Shown: one piece after another, positions 1 to 9,211 of the stretch
How the letters are laid out: every line of letters begins with the position of its first letter
How positions within the stretch are numbered: position 1 is the first letter of the stretch
Source of the DNA: Yersinia phage phiR1-37
Sequence record: AJ972879.2
Reading direction: 5' to 3' (one strand)
Length of the DNA stretch: 40,000 nt
The notes under the pieces: generated by a model
What the model was told of the DNA's origin: nothing
Database searches by the model: none
Seen by the model: the letters and a program-made list of their open reading frames with translations, nothing else
Program-made: the position numbers and the translations under genes

Positions 1-399
1 TATTCTATTTTAGAACTTCTTAGACAGCGCTTGGCTAGTGGTGAAGCAAGTAACTATAATTTTAATCAAAAAGTCATTGAAGCTTTATATCATGATACAA
101 TGGATAGAATCTTTCTCTTCCAATGCGAATGGAATTTGTCCTTTAGATTATGGTATGACGGGTTTAAAGCTGATAAGAAAAACAGAGAAGAAATTCTCCG
201 TGATGGACTTGAATCAGTCCAGTTAGCTTATCAGAATATGTATCCTTCAATTACTGAGATAATGAATAATGCATCAAATATCAGTACTAGTATCAATACT
301 AAACTTGATATAATTGATGAATACTTCAAAGTACATCCATTCAACTTTTTAAAAAGAAGACAAGTTTTAAGCAGACTCTTTTACGGTTCTGGCGGTTAA
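1..399 (+). CDS. C-terminal part of a hypothetical protein, 5'-truncated by the window edge
   Basis: Frame is open from base 1 (YSILELLRQRLASGEASNYNF...); the track's start at 31 is a TTG inside this open frame. Stop at 397-399. Confidence 0.8.
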   Translation, partial: YSILELLRQRLASGEASNYNFNQKVIEALYHDTMDRIFLFQCEWNLSFRLWYDGFKADKKNREEILRDGLESVQLAYQNMYPSITEIMNNASNISTSINTKLDIIDEYFKVHPFNFLKRRQVLSRLFYGSGG

Positions 400-434
400 C
401 ATATAAATAGTTCAATAGAAAAAGGCTATTTGTT

Positions 435-605
435 ATGTCAACTGTAAATGCTCAAGAAGTTGCTTCATCCAATATTCCTAATATTCCAGTGAATGATGGT
501 TTCATTACCCTTAATGATACGGAAGCGGATAAAACCCAATTCCAAGAGAATGATAATCCATCTATCGGAAAAGAGCATAAGTTTGCTGCTGTTCTTCATG
601 GTTAA
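435..605 (+). CDS. small hypothetical protein, 56 aa (MSTVNAQEVASSNIPNIPVNDGFITLNDTEADKTQFQENDNPSIGKEHKFAAVLHG)
   Basis: ATG at 435, stop 603-605, fills the gap between neighbouring genes and is followed by a hairpin/T-run; not in the supplied track. Confidence 0.6.
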   Translation: MSTVNAQEVASSNIPNIPVNDGFITLNDTEADKTQFQENDNPSIGKEHKFAAVLHG

Positions 606-620
606 ATCATAAAATACTTT

Positions 621-665
621 TACCCTATACGTACTTAGTTGCGTATAGGGTAGAATATTTTTTTT
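621..665 (+). terminator. rho-independent terminator
   Basis: Perfect 11-bp stem TACCCTATACG (621-631) / CGTATAGGGTA (642-652) followed by a T-rich run. Confidence 0.8.
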
Positions 666-727
666 TATCTTTTTAATGAAGAATGAAACAACTCTTTAGT
701 TTAATATAGAAAATTAAAGGCTTTCCT

Positions 728-2050
728 ATGGCTAAAGTAAAGAAAATACTTACAACGGAAGAGCTAGTAAATCGTAACTTAGAACAGTTTACTAAAGATT
801 CTACTGAAACCTATCCAGCGTTTCAGGAATCTACACCTGTATTCGTAACTTATTATAATAAGTCTGCATATGCTAGTGATGCTGATATAAACTTTGAAAA
901 CTTCAATCAAGCTGTTGGGGTTGAATCACCTAATCTATTTTATGAAATTGCTAGCTTACCATTGTATGAGATGACTACTGCTGACTTCTCAACGGAAGAA
1001 ACAGATAGTGGTAGAAAATCTAATATTACTGGTACATGTACTATTATTCCTGGAACGGTAACTCCTAGTGTAGAAGATCAGTTCCTTTTTGATTATCATT
1101 CTCAGAAGTATTTATTTGTAATCACTTCTATAGAGCCTGATAACTTCAATAATAAGAAATATTATCGAGTATCTTATCAATTAAGTCCTAATACTTTAGA
1201 TGAAATTAAGGCTCAAGTATATAAGGAAATGGTTGTAGATTACAATCTGATTGGTAGAACGGATTCAGCACTAATTGAAAGAAAGTACTCTGATTATCTT
1301 AATATTATTAGAGCTGTCTTTGATGAGTTTAGAAAATCTTATAGATATTCTTACTATGAAGAAAATCAGTCATGCTTTGCCAATAAACGTACTGAAGTAA
1401 TAGATCAGTTCATCAACTATTTTGCTGCTAATAACGATATTTTACCAGCATTTGAGGATTATCGTAATACTTTAACTATACATAATAAGATAATTGATGA
1501 TGTATCAAGACAGCAATATAAATTGTCTCCTTTCTTTGATCTGGAAAAACGTAGAGATCCCGTCTCTGTAGTATCCGTATTTGTAGAACCAGTAGATAGA
1601 ACGCCTTATAAATTTGCATTCTTTTATAAGACTAAATATAACTTTACAAGATATGTCAAGTATACTGATGAAGAAGTAGAGATTCCTAGTGCTGAAGAAT
1701 TGGCACAAATGACTGAAGAAGAACAGTTGGCAGTCATGGATAGTATAGTTAAAGGAAAATACAACCTTCTTCCAGAACTTTTAGAACCTATTAATAGTAA
1801 CGACCCATATAATCTGCAATTTATCAAGAAATATATTGCATTTTCTAAATTAAGGAAAACCCAAGATTATAAGAGTCAATTAATAGAATGCCTGGACATG
1901 GTAGAGGATTTAGAGGAATACTTCTGTGATGCTCTTTACATTAAGGGTGCGAGTGATTCTGATAAAAAAGAATACGACTTTAACTACTATATAGGTATGA
2001 TAGTGCTTTTCGCACTTAAAGACCTATATTCGTTTATTACCAATTCATAA
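728..2050 (+). CDS. hypothetical (probably virion structural) protein, 440 aa
   Basis: Long ORF in a structural gene neighbourhood; no family recognised. Confidence 0.8.
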   Translation: MAKVKKILTTEELVNRNLEQFTKDSTETYPAFQESTPVFVTYYNKSAYASDADINFENFNQAVGVESPNLFYEIASLPLYEMTTADFSTEETDSGRKSNITGTCTIIPGTVTPSVEDQFLFDYHSQKYLFVITSIEPDNFNNKKYYRVSYQLSPNTLDEIKAQVYKEMVVDYNLIGRTDSALIERKYSDYLNIIRAVFDEFRKSYRYSYYEENQSCFANKRTEVIDQFINYFAANNDILPAFEDYRNTLTIHNKIIDDVSRQQYKLSPFFDLEKRRDPVSVVSVFVEPVDRTPYKFAFFYKTKYNFTRYVKYTDEEVEIPSAEELAQMTEEEQLAVMDSIVKGKYNLLPELLEPINSNDPYNLQFIKKYIAFSKLRKTQDYKSQLIECLDMVEDLEEYFCDALYIKGASDSDKKEYDFNYYIGMIVLFALKDLYSFITNS

Positions 2051-2093
2051 TTGCTAACACTTTAATAGCATTTAATCCTATAGGAATTGCATA

Positions 2094-2726
2094 ATGAAAG
2101 ATTTAACTAACGAACTGCTTACTGGCGGTAATCTGCTGGCTGAGTCAGTTGATCAGGTTGAAACCAATGTGGCTATTCAAGAAGAATTGCAGAACATGGC
2201 TAACCCTACTGCACTGCTGGCTGAAAGCATGGAAGACATGCTTTTTAGCGAAGATGCTCGTATTGATGGTAATAACATTGAAATGCCATCTGATGCAGGT
2301 ATTGATTCACTTCAATTCTTCAATCAGGATAACGTAGGTCAAAGCGTAGCTGATTCTACCCTGACTGGTCTTGATCCTGATCGTCAAAATGATTTCGGTA
2401 ATGCTGCATTTGCCTCGTCTAACCCTAAAGGTAAAGATATGGTTCAACTGCGTAGCGTTGGTGACAACGTAGCATTAGGTGAATCCGGTATTCCTTCTCT
2501 GTTCACCGAAGGTGGTGATGAAGAATGTGATGATACCGAAACTAAAGATATTGCTAATGGCGTAGACGACCAAACTAATAGTATTGGTGATGATGCTGGC
2601 GATTCTCTGGAAGAAAGTCTGAAACTTTTTAAAGAAGATGATGACAACGATGATTCTGAATCCGATGTCGAAGAAGACGATGAAGATGAGGATGACGACG
2701 AGTACGAAGATGAGTTAGGTCTGTAA
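2094..2726 (+). CDS. hypothetical acidic protein, possible prohead core/scaffold-type protein, 210 aa
   Basis: Long ORF; extreme Asp/Glu-rich C-terminus (DDDNDDSESDVEEDDEDEDDDEYEDE); repeated LLAES near N-terminus. Confidence 0.75.
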   Translation: MKDLTNELLTGGNLLAESVDQVETNVAIQEELQNMANPTALLAESMEDMLFSEDARIDGNNIEMPSDAGIDSLQFFNQDNVGQSVADSTLTGLDPDRQNDFGNAAFASSNPKGKDMVQLRSVGDNVALGESGIPSLFTEGGDEECDDTETKDIANGVDDQTNSIGDDAGDSLEESLKLFKEDDDNDDSESDVEEDDEDEDDDEYEDELGL

Positions 2727-2740
2727 TCTAGTTCGTCTAT

Positions 2741-2776
2741 GCAGTAAGAATCTCTTATGGTTCTTACTGCATTTTA
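2741..2776 (+). terminator. probable terminator hairpin
   Basis: GCAGTAAGAA (2741-2750) / TTCTTACTGC (2761-2770), 10-bp stem followed by ATTTTATTT. Confidence 0.6.
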
Positions 2777-2797
2777 TTTAATGGAAAAGGAGATACT

Positions 2798-3403
2798 ATG
2801 TCTAATTTAGACCCTGTATATTACGTTACCATTTCTACGGCTAGACAGATCCCATTTATCAATCGCCGTGGCCCAATCACTTCTAAAATTTCTATGAAGA
2901 AATCTACTATTGATACCCTTAAAGCTATGGGTTTTGATGTCAAGATTATTTCAGAAGTAAATTTGGATAAGAATGGTAAACAATATGCTGATGATGCATC
3001 TAAATTTGTACCAGCTGACAACCAAAGTGAATCAAATGTAGATGTTAATATTGTTGATGCTATTAAACCTAATGACGAAGAGATTTTCTCTGGTTCTACA
3101 GAAGGCTTAGAAGCAAAAAAGGATGACCTTTCTCATTCTCAACAAGAAGAGGAAACACCTGAATCCGAAGAAGAAGTAGATGACACTCAGGAAAAACCTG
3201 CAGAAGAATCTACCGAGGAAGAAGAGGATGATGACTTTTCTCTAGAGTCCTACGAGACTTATGAGAAATGGAATGCCACTAAACTGAAAGCTTATATTAG
3301 TGACACTATTATTCCTCGCTTGGAAGAAGAGGATGTACCTGATCCAATTCCTACAAGTAAGAAGGATTGTCTTGCTTTCCTAAAAACTCTCTTAGATGAA
3401 TAA
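2798..3403 (+). CDS. hypothetical protein with acidic C-terminal half, 201 aa
   Basis: ORF with RBS-like GGAG upstream; acidic region EEEETPESEEEVDDTQEKPAEESTEEEEDDD. Confidence 0.75.
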   Translation: MSNLDPVYYVTISTARQIPFINRRGPITSKISMKKSTIDTLKAMGFDVKIISEVNLDKNGKQYADDASKFVPADNQSESNVDVNIVDAIKPNDEEIFSGSTEGLEAKKDDLSHSQQEEETPESEEEVDDTQEKPAEESTEEEEDDDFSLESYETYEKWNATKLKAYISDTIIPRLEEEDVPDPIPTSKKDCLAFLKTLLDE

Positions 3404-3420
3404 GAGAGACGAAAAGTAAA

Positions 3421-3455
3421 GAGTTCTTGGATTATCAAGAACTCTCCCTATTTTT
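3421..3455 (+). terminator. probable terminator hairpin
   Basis: GAGTTCTTG (3421-3429) / CAAGAACTC (3436-3444) followed by CCTATTTTT. Confidence 0.6.
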
Positions 3456-3579
3456 CAATATTAAAAAAATTTTTACTAACAAAAAAGTAGAAATCAGAAA
3501 CGTTAAAGTTTAGAAACCGAAATCTAAATAGTTTCTGTTTTACCCCTAATCATAAAATTACACATTAAGGAATACCATC

Positions 3580-3942
3580 ATGGCAACTGTAAATGATCTG
3601 CTGGCTCAAGTACAAACTAACCTGAAAGCTCAAGGCGTAGACTCTACTAAGAAAGAGTGTGGCGTTGCTCTGGAAGCCGTTCTGAATGCAATTCAGACTG
3701 TAGCTCTGGATCAGGGTTCTATCCGTACTGCAATCGGTACGTTTAAACGTAAAGAATGCGCAGCTCGTCAGGCACATAACCCTAAAACTGGTGATAAAGT
3801 TGATGTTCCAGCTAAAATCACCGTTAGCTTCAAATCCTATTACAATGAAGTAGTAGGCGAGAAAAAAGCTGCTAAGAAAGCCGCTCCAGCGAAAGCTGCA
3901 GCTCCGGCTGCTAAAAAAGTAGTTAAAAAAGGTAAAAAATAA
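3580..3942 (+). CDS. HU/IHF-like DNA-binding protein with histone H1-like Ala/Lys/Pro-rich tail, 120 aa
   Basis: HU-type beta-arm signature GTFKRKECAARQAHNPKTGDKVDVPAKITVSFK; tail KKAAKKAAPAKAAAPAAKKVVKKGKK. Confidence 0.85.
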   Translation: MATVNDLLAQVQTNLKAQGVDSTKKECGVALEAVLNAIQTVALDQGSIRTAIGTFKRKECAARQAHNPKTGDKVDVPAKITVSFKSYYNEVVGEKKAAKKAAPAKAAAPAAKKVVKKGKK

Positions 3943-3969
3943 TTTACCTTGAGTAAGTTATAATTCTTT

Positions 3970-4003
3970 CCCCATATCTCCTGAAAAGGTGATATGGGGT
4001 TTA
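3970..4003 (+). terminator. intergenic terminator hairpin (CCCCATATC family)
   Basis: CCCCATATC (3970-3978) / GATATGGGG (3991-3999). Confidence 0.65.
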
Positions 4004-4072
4004 CTTTGCACTTAAATTCTTTTTATTGATATATAATCATATTGAATAATCATAAAGTGAGGTTGTATAGAA

Positions 4073-4357
4073 ATGAATGTAATAAAGATAGCCTTAATAA
4101 CAATATCTCTAGGCTTATCATCCAATTCTTTTGCTAAAGAGTTTGAAGCTGAATTAGTTGCATTAGACTCAGTCAAAGGTACATTCTATATTCATTCTAT
4201 TGAGCACTTTTTCTCAGTACCCAATAAAGATTGTCCAGTTTTGGTTAATACATCATTACATAAGACATTTAAAGTCGAAGGTAAACCAGTAGAAGAAGGT
4301 TATTATACCTTCTATGGTGTTAAAGAAGAATTATGCAGGTCTATTAATCTTCTTTAA
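4073..4357 (+). CDS. small putative exported protein, 94 aa
   Basis: N-terminal signal-peptide pattern MNVIKIALITISLGLSSNSFAKE with AxA-like cleavage context; remainder short and soluble-looking. Confidence 0.7.
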   Translation: MNVIKIALITISLGLSSNSFAKEFEAELVALDSVKGTFYIHSIEHFFSVPNKDCPVLVNTSLHKTFKVEGKPVEEGYYTFYGVKEELCRSINLL

Positions 4358-4404
4358 CTAAGCTAAGACCTCCATAGCGGGGTCTTTTTTTTTTTGAGGT
4401 TTTT

Positions 4405-4869
4405 ATGACTTTAATAGAACAGTTGTTGAATGACAAAAAAATTATTAGTGGTTTTCCTGGAATTGGTAAGTCTGAATTATTTAAAATTTATGGTGAAGCT
4501 AGAGTAAGCGATAGTGATTCAAGTAAATTCCCTAAAGATAGCTTCCCTGCAAATTATGTAGCTCATATTAAAGATTTAATAGTAAATAGTAATAAAAAAT
4601 ATATTTTGGTTAGTTCACATAAAGTAGTTCGTGATGCATTGGTTGCTGAAGGAATTCCTTTCTTCTTAGTGTATCCTAATGAAAATTGTAAAGATGAATA
4701 TATCAATCGATACATTAAACGTGGCTCTCCAGAAGCATTTGTATCACTGCTTTCTAATAACTTTAACAACTTTGTACAAGAATGTAAGACTACTAATTCT
4801 CCTATTGCAACTCATATAGAATTGTCTGATGGACAATACCTAAGTGATGTACTTTCTACAATTGGCTGA
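4405..4869 (+). CDS. P-loop nucleotide/nucleoside kinase-like protein, 154 aa
   Basis: Walker A GFPGIGKS, followed by DSDSSKFPK..FPANYVAHI and KYILVSSHKVVRDAL..GIPFFLVYP, typical of phage nucleotide-kinase-like proteins. Confidence 0.7.
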   Translation: MTLIEQLLNDKKIISGFPGIGKSELFKIYGEARVSDSDSSKFPKDSFPANYVAHIKDLIVNSNKKYILVSSHKVVRDALVAEGIPFFLVYPNENCKDEYINRYIKRGSPEAFVSLLSNNFNNFVQECKTTNSPIATHIELSDGQYLSDVLSTIG

Positions 4870-4963
4870 ATGTTAAAATTAAGTGAAAACTCAATTAATA
4901 TAAAATCCTAATAGCTAACATACTTTTAGAAATCAAGTTTAAGATACAGGAGCGTGTTATAGC

Positions 4964-5650
4964 ATGTCTGCTTTATTCCTAAGCACCTTACTTCAGGAAG
5001 ACGAGGATTCAGCAGATGGTGGCGCAAAATCATCTGCTGATCTTGATCTTGGTACTGACAAAGGTGATTTAAAAGATCAAAAGGATGTAAAGTCTGATTC
5101 AGATGATTCTGATGAAGATAATACTAATGATGATAATGACGATGTATCAGATGATAATTCTTCAGATACTGAAACAGATGATTCTTCTTCTCCAAATGAC
5201 TCTTCAGATGACACTGAAGCAACAGATGATGACAATGACTCCGAAGAAGATGATGAAGTTCTCAATCAAAAAGAATTGGAAGAGCAACGTAAGAAGCTTA
5301 ACCGTTATAATCAGCTGAAATCTTTAGTTGTTACCTATAGAAATCTAGATGGTATCTATGACAAACTATTAAAGCTTGATTTGCCTGGAGGACTACCGAA
5401 TACAATTCGAATGTTCAAAGACAAGATTGCCTATAATAGAGAATCATTAGATAAATTGTTATTGGATCCAGTAATCTTTAATAACAATACTGTCTCTGAA
5501 TTGACCGCGATTCATAATGTATATATGTCAGACTTAAGAGCTGTATCTACTAATTTAAAAGTACTTTATAACTCTTCTGTCTTGAACCATACAAAAGACA
5601 ATCGTGCGATACTTAGCATAATCTCTAGGGATGCTGAAAATCGTCGCTAG
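4964..5650 (+). CDS. acidic protein immediately upstream of major capsid gene; possible scaffold/prohead core protein, 228 aa
   Basis: Asp/Ser/Glu-rich N-terminal half, helical C-terminal half; gene position next to MCP. Confidence 0.7.
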   Translation: MSALFLSTLLQEDEDSADGGAKSSADLDLGTDKGDLKDQKDVKSDSDDSDEDNTNDDNDDVSDDNSSDTETDDSSSPNDSSDDTEATDDDNDSEEDDEVLNQKELEEQRKKLNRYNQLKSLVVTYRNLDGIYDKLLKLDLPGGLPNTIRMFKDKIAYNRESLDKLLLDPVIFNNNTVSELTAIHNVYMSDLRAVSTNLKVLYNSSVLNHTKDNRAILSIISRDAENRR

Positions 5651-5680
5651 GTTTTAAATAAATTTTAAAACTGAGTGATC

Positions 5681-5696
5681 AACATTAAAATAGAAA
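5681..5696 (+). promoter_or_regulatory. candidate late promoter motif AACATTAAAATAGAAA
   Basis: Similar 16-mers occur upstream of the HU-like gene, sheath gene and the 33120 gene (see findings). Confidence 0.35.
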
Positions 5697-5751
5697 TCCG
5701 GTTGACCTAAAAAGTCATCTCTAGGTAATCACTTCATAAAGGAAATTAATA

Positions 5752-7308
5752 ATGTCTGTTGATTATGGCTTTGCTAATCTGCGTAGCAAAACGAAGCATA
5801 ATTCTAAAGCTACTGCACATCTTAAAACTCTGGTAGAAGACTACAAAGGCGACGAAGTAGATATTCTGTCAGAAGGCGTATATGACGTTGTACGTGACCA
5901 AGTTGCGTTCCAAGAATACGTTGAACGTCTTTCCGAAGGTACTTCAGAAGAAACTGGCGAACAGCTGGCTATTCTGTCTGAAAACACCCGTATGGTAATG
6001 CTTCAAGAAAGCATGATTGGTGGCGTTAACCCTATCGCTGCCCTGTCACTACCTATGCTGCGTATCGGCTATCCGAAAATGGCTGTACGTGAAGGTCTAC
6101 CTACTGAACCAGTAGAACAGCCGAAATTCAAAGTAACTACCAAACGTCCTTATGTTCTGGATACCGCTACTGGTGAAAAACACTGGTTGCCTGGTGCTTT
6201 CCAGACTAAGAAAGAACTGTTTGGTTTACCACGTCTGCAACAGAATGATATTACTGTTCCGGCTGGCGGTCTGATTGATTATGATATGCTAGCTCCAATC
6301 AGCAAAAATGCTCTGCTTGGTGACGAAATCGATCCACGTTTCACCGTTGTAGAAGTTACCGATTCTGCTGATGTTGCTATCTCTGTATCCTTCGAACTGG
6401 ATACTAACCTGAACGCAATCGTTGGTTCTTTCGTTGATAGTACTAACGCTGCAGTACAGGTTCTGGGTAAAGTTGACCGTTCTAAAGGTCTTCTGACTCT
6501 GGTAACTGTTCCGGGCAATGCTATTAAGAAAGTAAAAATTCAGGGTTACGTTTCTTCTGAAATGAATAACGCTGCAACTCAGGTTGGTTTCGATATTGAC
6601 GGTGTTGATATTACTATCGGTACTGGTCAGCCTATCGAATCCCCAATCAATATTCAGCAGATGACTGACGTCATGGCTATGTATAATGTAGATTCCACTC
6701 TGACTCACATGGAAACTATGTCTACTGCTCTGGCACAGTCTACTGACCTTGAAGGTGTTCAGTTTATCTATGATTGCTTCGACCGCAATACTAAGAAAAT
6801 CCAAGAAACCTTCGACGCTATGCCTCCTTCTAACTTCCTGGCTGGCCCTGTTGAATGGCGTAAAAATATTCATCGTAACTTTGACCGTCTTGTGTCTCAG
6901 ATGCAGACTGAATTCAACATCTATACTGGTCACGCAGTAGTATTCTGTCACCCACTGGACGCTCAGGTTGTTGCTGATGTTCGTTGGATGTACACTAATA
7001 CTGAACAGCCTAACGATGTTGCTGTTGACTTCCGTGTTGGTACTTACACCTCCGGTACTACTACTTATGTAGTCCTGCAGTCTCCGAACTTTGTTCAGGG
7101 TCATTACGAAATCGTATACATCCCGTCCGAAGCTGACTTTAAATCTCTGGTATACTACCCGTATGCGTTCAACGTGATTCGTGGTGCTGCATCACCTAAC
7201 ACTCCGAACCTGCCAGCTATCCAGATGATTAAACGTTACCGCTTCCAGAAGTTCAACAACATGGTTGCACGTCTGAACATCGTTAATAACGGTGTTGGCG
7301 AAGTTTAA
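5752..7308 (+). CDS. major capsid protein (T4 gp23-like), 518 aa
   Basis: Position after scaffold-like gene, strongly biased codon usage, C-terminal MIKRYRFQKFNNMVARLNIVNNGVGEV and overall phage capsid-like composition (GLPTEPVEQPKFKVTTKRPYV). Confidence 0.75.
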   Translation: MSVDYGFANLRSKTKHNSKATAHLKTLVEDYKGDEVDILSEGVYDVVRDQVAFQEYVERLSEGTSEETGEQLAILSENTRMVMLQESMIGGVNPIAALSLPMLRIGYPKMAVREGLPTEPVEQPKFKVTTKRPYVLDTATGEKHWLPGAFQTKKELFGLPRLQQNDITVPAGGLIDYDMLAPISKNALLGDEIDPRFTVVEVTDSADVAISVSFELDTNLNAIVGSFVDSTNAAVQVLGKVDRSKGLLTLVTVPGNAIKKVKIQGYVSSEMNNAATQVGFDIDGVDITIGTGQPIESPINIQQMTDVMAMYNVDSTLTHMETMSTALAQSTDLEGVQFIYDCFDRNTKKIQETFDAMPPSNFLAGPVEWRKNIHRNFDRLVSQMQTEFNIYTGHAVVFCHPLDAQVVADVRWMYTNTEQPNDVAVDFRVGTYTSGTTTYVVLQSPNFVQGHYEIVYIPSEADFKSLVYYPYAFNVIRGAASPNTPNLPAIQMIKRYRFQKFNNMVARLNIVNNGVGEV

Positions 7309-7327
7309 TCTTTGCTAGTATAAAATA

Positions 7328-7362
7328 CCCATATCCTCTATAAAGGGGATATGGGGTTTTCT
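7328..7362 (+). terminator. intergenic terminator hairpin (CCCATATCC family)
   Basis: CCCATATCC (7328-7336) / GGATATGGG (7347-7355) plus TTTTCTTT. Confidence 0.75.
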
Positions 7363-7422
7363 TTACAATTTTTTCATGCATATATTATAAGAAAGATATC
7401 AATATTAACATGAGACCTGATA

Positions 7423-7947
7423 ATGTTTATTAGAAAAATACTTACAGAAGAAACTCCTTTAGGGTTTGATATTAATCTAGTTATGGAAATGATAACTAGA
7501 TCATATGAAATGGAGTTAAACGATTTTAAGAAAGGAACTATTGTTACATCACTAATGCTAAGTAATCTACTTATGAGTAATTTTGATTTTCTAATCTACA
7601 ATACTACAGATAACTACCTTGGGTTTGATGAAATTTTGATAAATGAATCTGAAGGGTCAGTTGTTTTAGGGCGAACTAAGCATAATTCTATAGAATTAAG
7701 TGTACCATCGCCATTTGAGGATGAAGGAACAGTTCCTATTCAAGATCTATATAAAAATGGGCTTGATAAGTATACCATGTTTACTCATACTCAGATAAAC
7801 TATTTTAGTATCCACATAAATGAAACTAGTGGAAGATCACATAAACCTCTTCCAAATGTAAAATATAGGGTGGCATTGAAGACTATGATGATAGATTTAA
7901 TTACTAGCTTTAAGATGCGTTTTCCAAAAGTTATCAAAGATATATAA
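7423..7947 (+). CDS. hypothetical protein, 174 aa
   Basis: Long ORF in tightly packed co-oriented cluster; no family recognised. Confidence 0.7.
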   Translation: MFIRKILTEETPLGFDINLVMEMITRSYEMELNDFKKGTIVTSLMLSNLLMSNFDFLIYNTTDNYLGFDEILINESEGSVVLGRTKHNSIELSVPSPFEDEGTVPIQDLYKNGLDKYTMFTHTQINYFSIHINETSGRSHKPLPNVKYRVALKTMMIDLITSFKMRFPKVIKDI

Positions 7948-7977
7948 TTTTATTAGATAATTGGAGGGAGTTATTAA

Positions 7978-8403
7978 TTGATGGTTATTATAAGAAATTG
8001 TCTAGACACCAAAATACTACATTACGCCGCTACTTTTGGCAGTGAAATCTATATTGAATTAACACAGATTCTTAGACAGGAAATATCAAAATCTTGCATT
8101 TCTTTGTTAAAGATAGGGGATATATGTAAACCCGATGCAGAATATGGTAATATAAAATATTATATGAATATAGGCCAAGTATATGGTCATAATTGTTTAA
8201 GTAATTTAGATTATACTAATATCCATGTACTAGATAAAGATTGCCCTATATTCACTAAAAGAGAACATCAAGATTTAGTAGAATATATTCATGAAAATCT
8301 AGTCAATCAGTACACTAGTATGATGGCATATGAAGATATTCTTGATGTCTTCTCAAATATCTATTTTATCTTCAATAAAACAAATCAAGGTTCTTTCCTA
8401 TGA
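7978..8403 (+). CDS. hypothetical protein, 141 aa
   Basis: ORF overlapping the next start by 4 nt (ATGA). Confidence 0.65.
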   Translation: MMVIIRNCLDTKILHYAATFGSEIYIELTQILRQEISKSCISLLKIGDICKPDAEYGNIKYYMNIGQVYGHNCLSNLDYTNIHVLDKDCPIFTKREHQDLVEYIHENLVNQYTSMMAYEDILDVFSNIYFIFNKTNQGSFL

Positions 8404-8813
8404 GAACTGTGCAAGCTAGATGGTTTCGCATCAAAGAAAAGGATGGTACATTTAGGGAAGTAATTTTCTCTGATTCAACTATCAGAGATGCTTTGAGGCG
8501 TTTATATAAAAAACATATCAATATCCTGCTTCCGAGTAAAATTTCTTTAAAAATTGGCTTATTTGATCATCCACCAATAAAAACTTTATTCTTTGTTAAT
8601 TCACCATACATAAATCTCAATTATATAAACACGCTTATTGTTCATCCATTAGACTTTAATGTAAAAGATCTAACTGGAAATGAACTTAGTGAATTGATCT
8701 CATTAAATCATGTTCTTCATGTTAGATTTTTCTCTGACGTAAATAGGGATCATTCAGTGATATATAATTATTATGAAGGTTTTAATATTAATAAGAATCG
8801 GAGCAATTATTGA
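8400..8813 (+). CDS. hypothetical protein, 137 aa
   Basis: ORF with ATGA overlaps at both ends; N-terminus resembles the product of 9180..9560. Confidence 0.7.
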   Translation: MRTVQARWFRIKEKDGTFREVIFSDSTIRDALRRLYKKHINILLPSKISLKIGLFDHPPIKTLFFVNSPYINLNYINTLIVHPLDFNVKDLTGNELSELISLNHVLHVRFFSDVNRDHSVIYNYYEGFNINKNRSNY

Positions 8814-9211
8814 TGTTTGAGACACTAACTGGTCTAGTCGGTTATCATAATAATTTACTTAAAGATAAAACCGACAAAGAAAAATCATATATAAAAAAAG
8901 TCGTCAAAAAGACGATGGTGGAAGACCTAAATTATGTCTCTTTTAAATTATTCGTAAATAAACGTTCGCTAAATCGTTTTATCAATGATAATGGAATTTC
9001 TCCTCCAGATATCTTTGATTTAAATTTACTCTTAATGGAAAATTCTAAGGATTTCTTAGAAAATATCATTAAGAAGGATTATAGTACATTAGTACTGGAT
9101 GTGACTTCATGGAATTTACTATGTATTAATAAATCATTTCTTTATAATGAAAACCCCTATATAAAAATAAGAGCTACATATGCGTGTGATACAAGTAAAA
9201 ATCCGGTATGA
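8810..9211 (+). CDS. hypothetical protein, 133 aa
   Basis: ORF with ATGA overlap to the previous gene. Confidence 0.65.
   Translation: MMFETLTGLVGYHNNLLKDKTDKEKSYIKKVVKKTMVEDLNYVSFKLFVNKRSLNRFINDNGISPPDIFDLNLLLMENSKDFLENIIKKDYSTLVLDVTSWNLLCINKSFLYNENPYIKIRATYACDTSKNPV

Noticed and set aside
6289-7104. 271-aa ORF on the minus strand opposite the major capsid gene
   Set aside because: Lies wholly antisense to a strongly codon-biased essential gene; long antisense frames are an expected by-product of that bias. No RBS or family signature seen.
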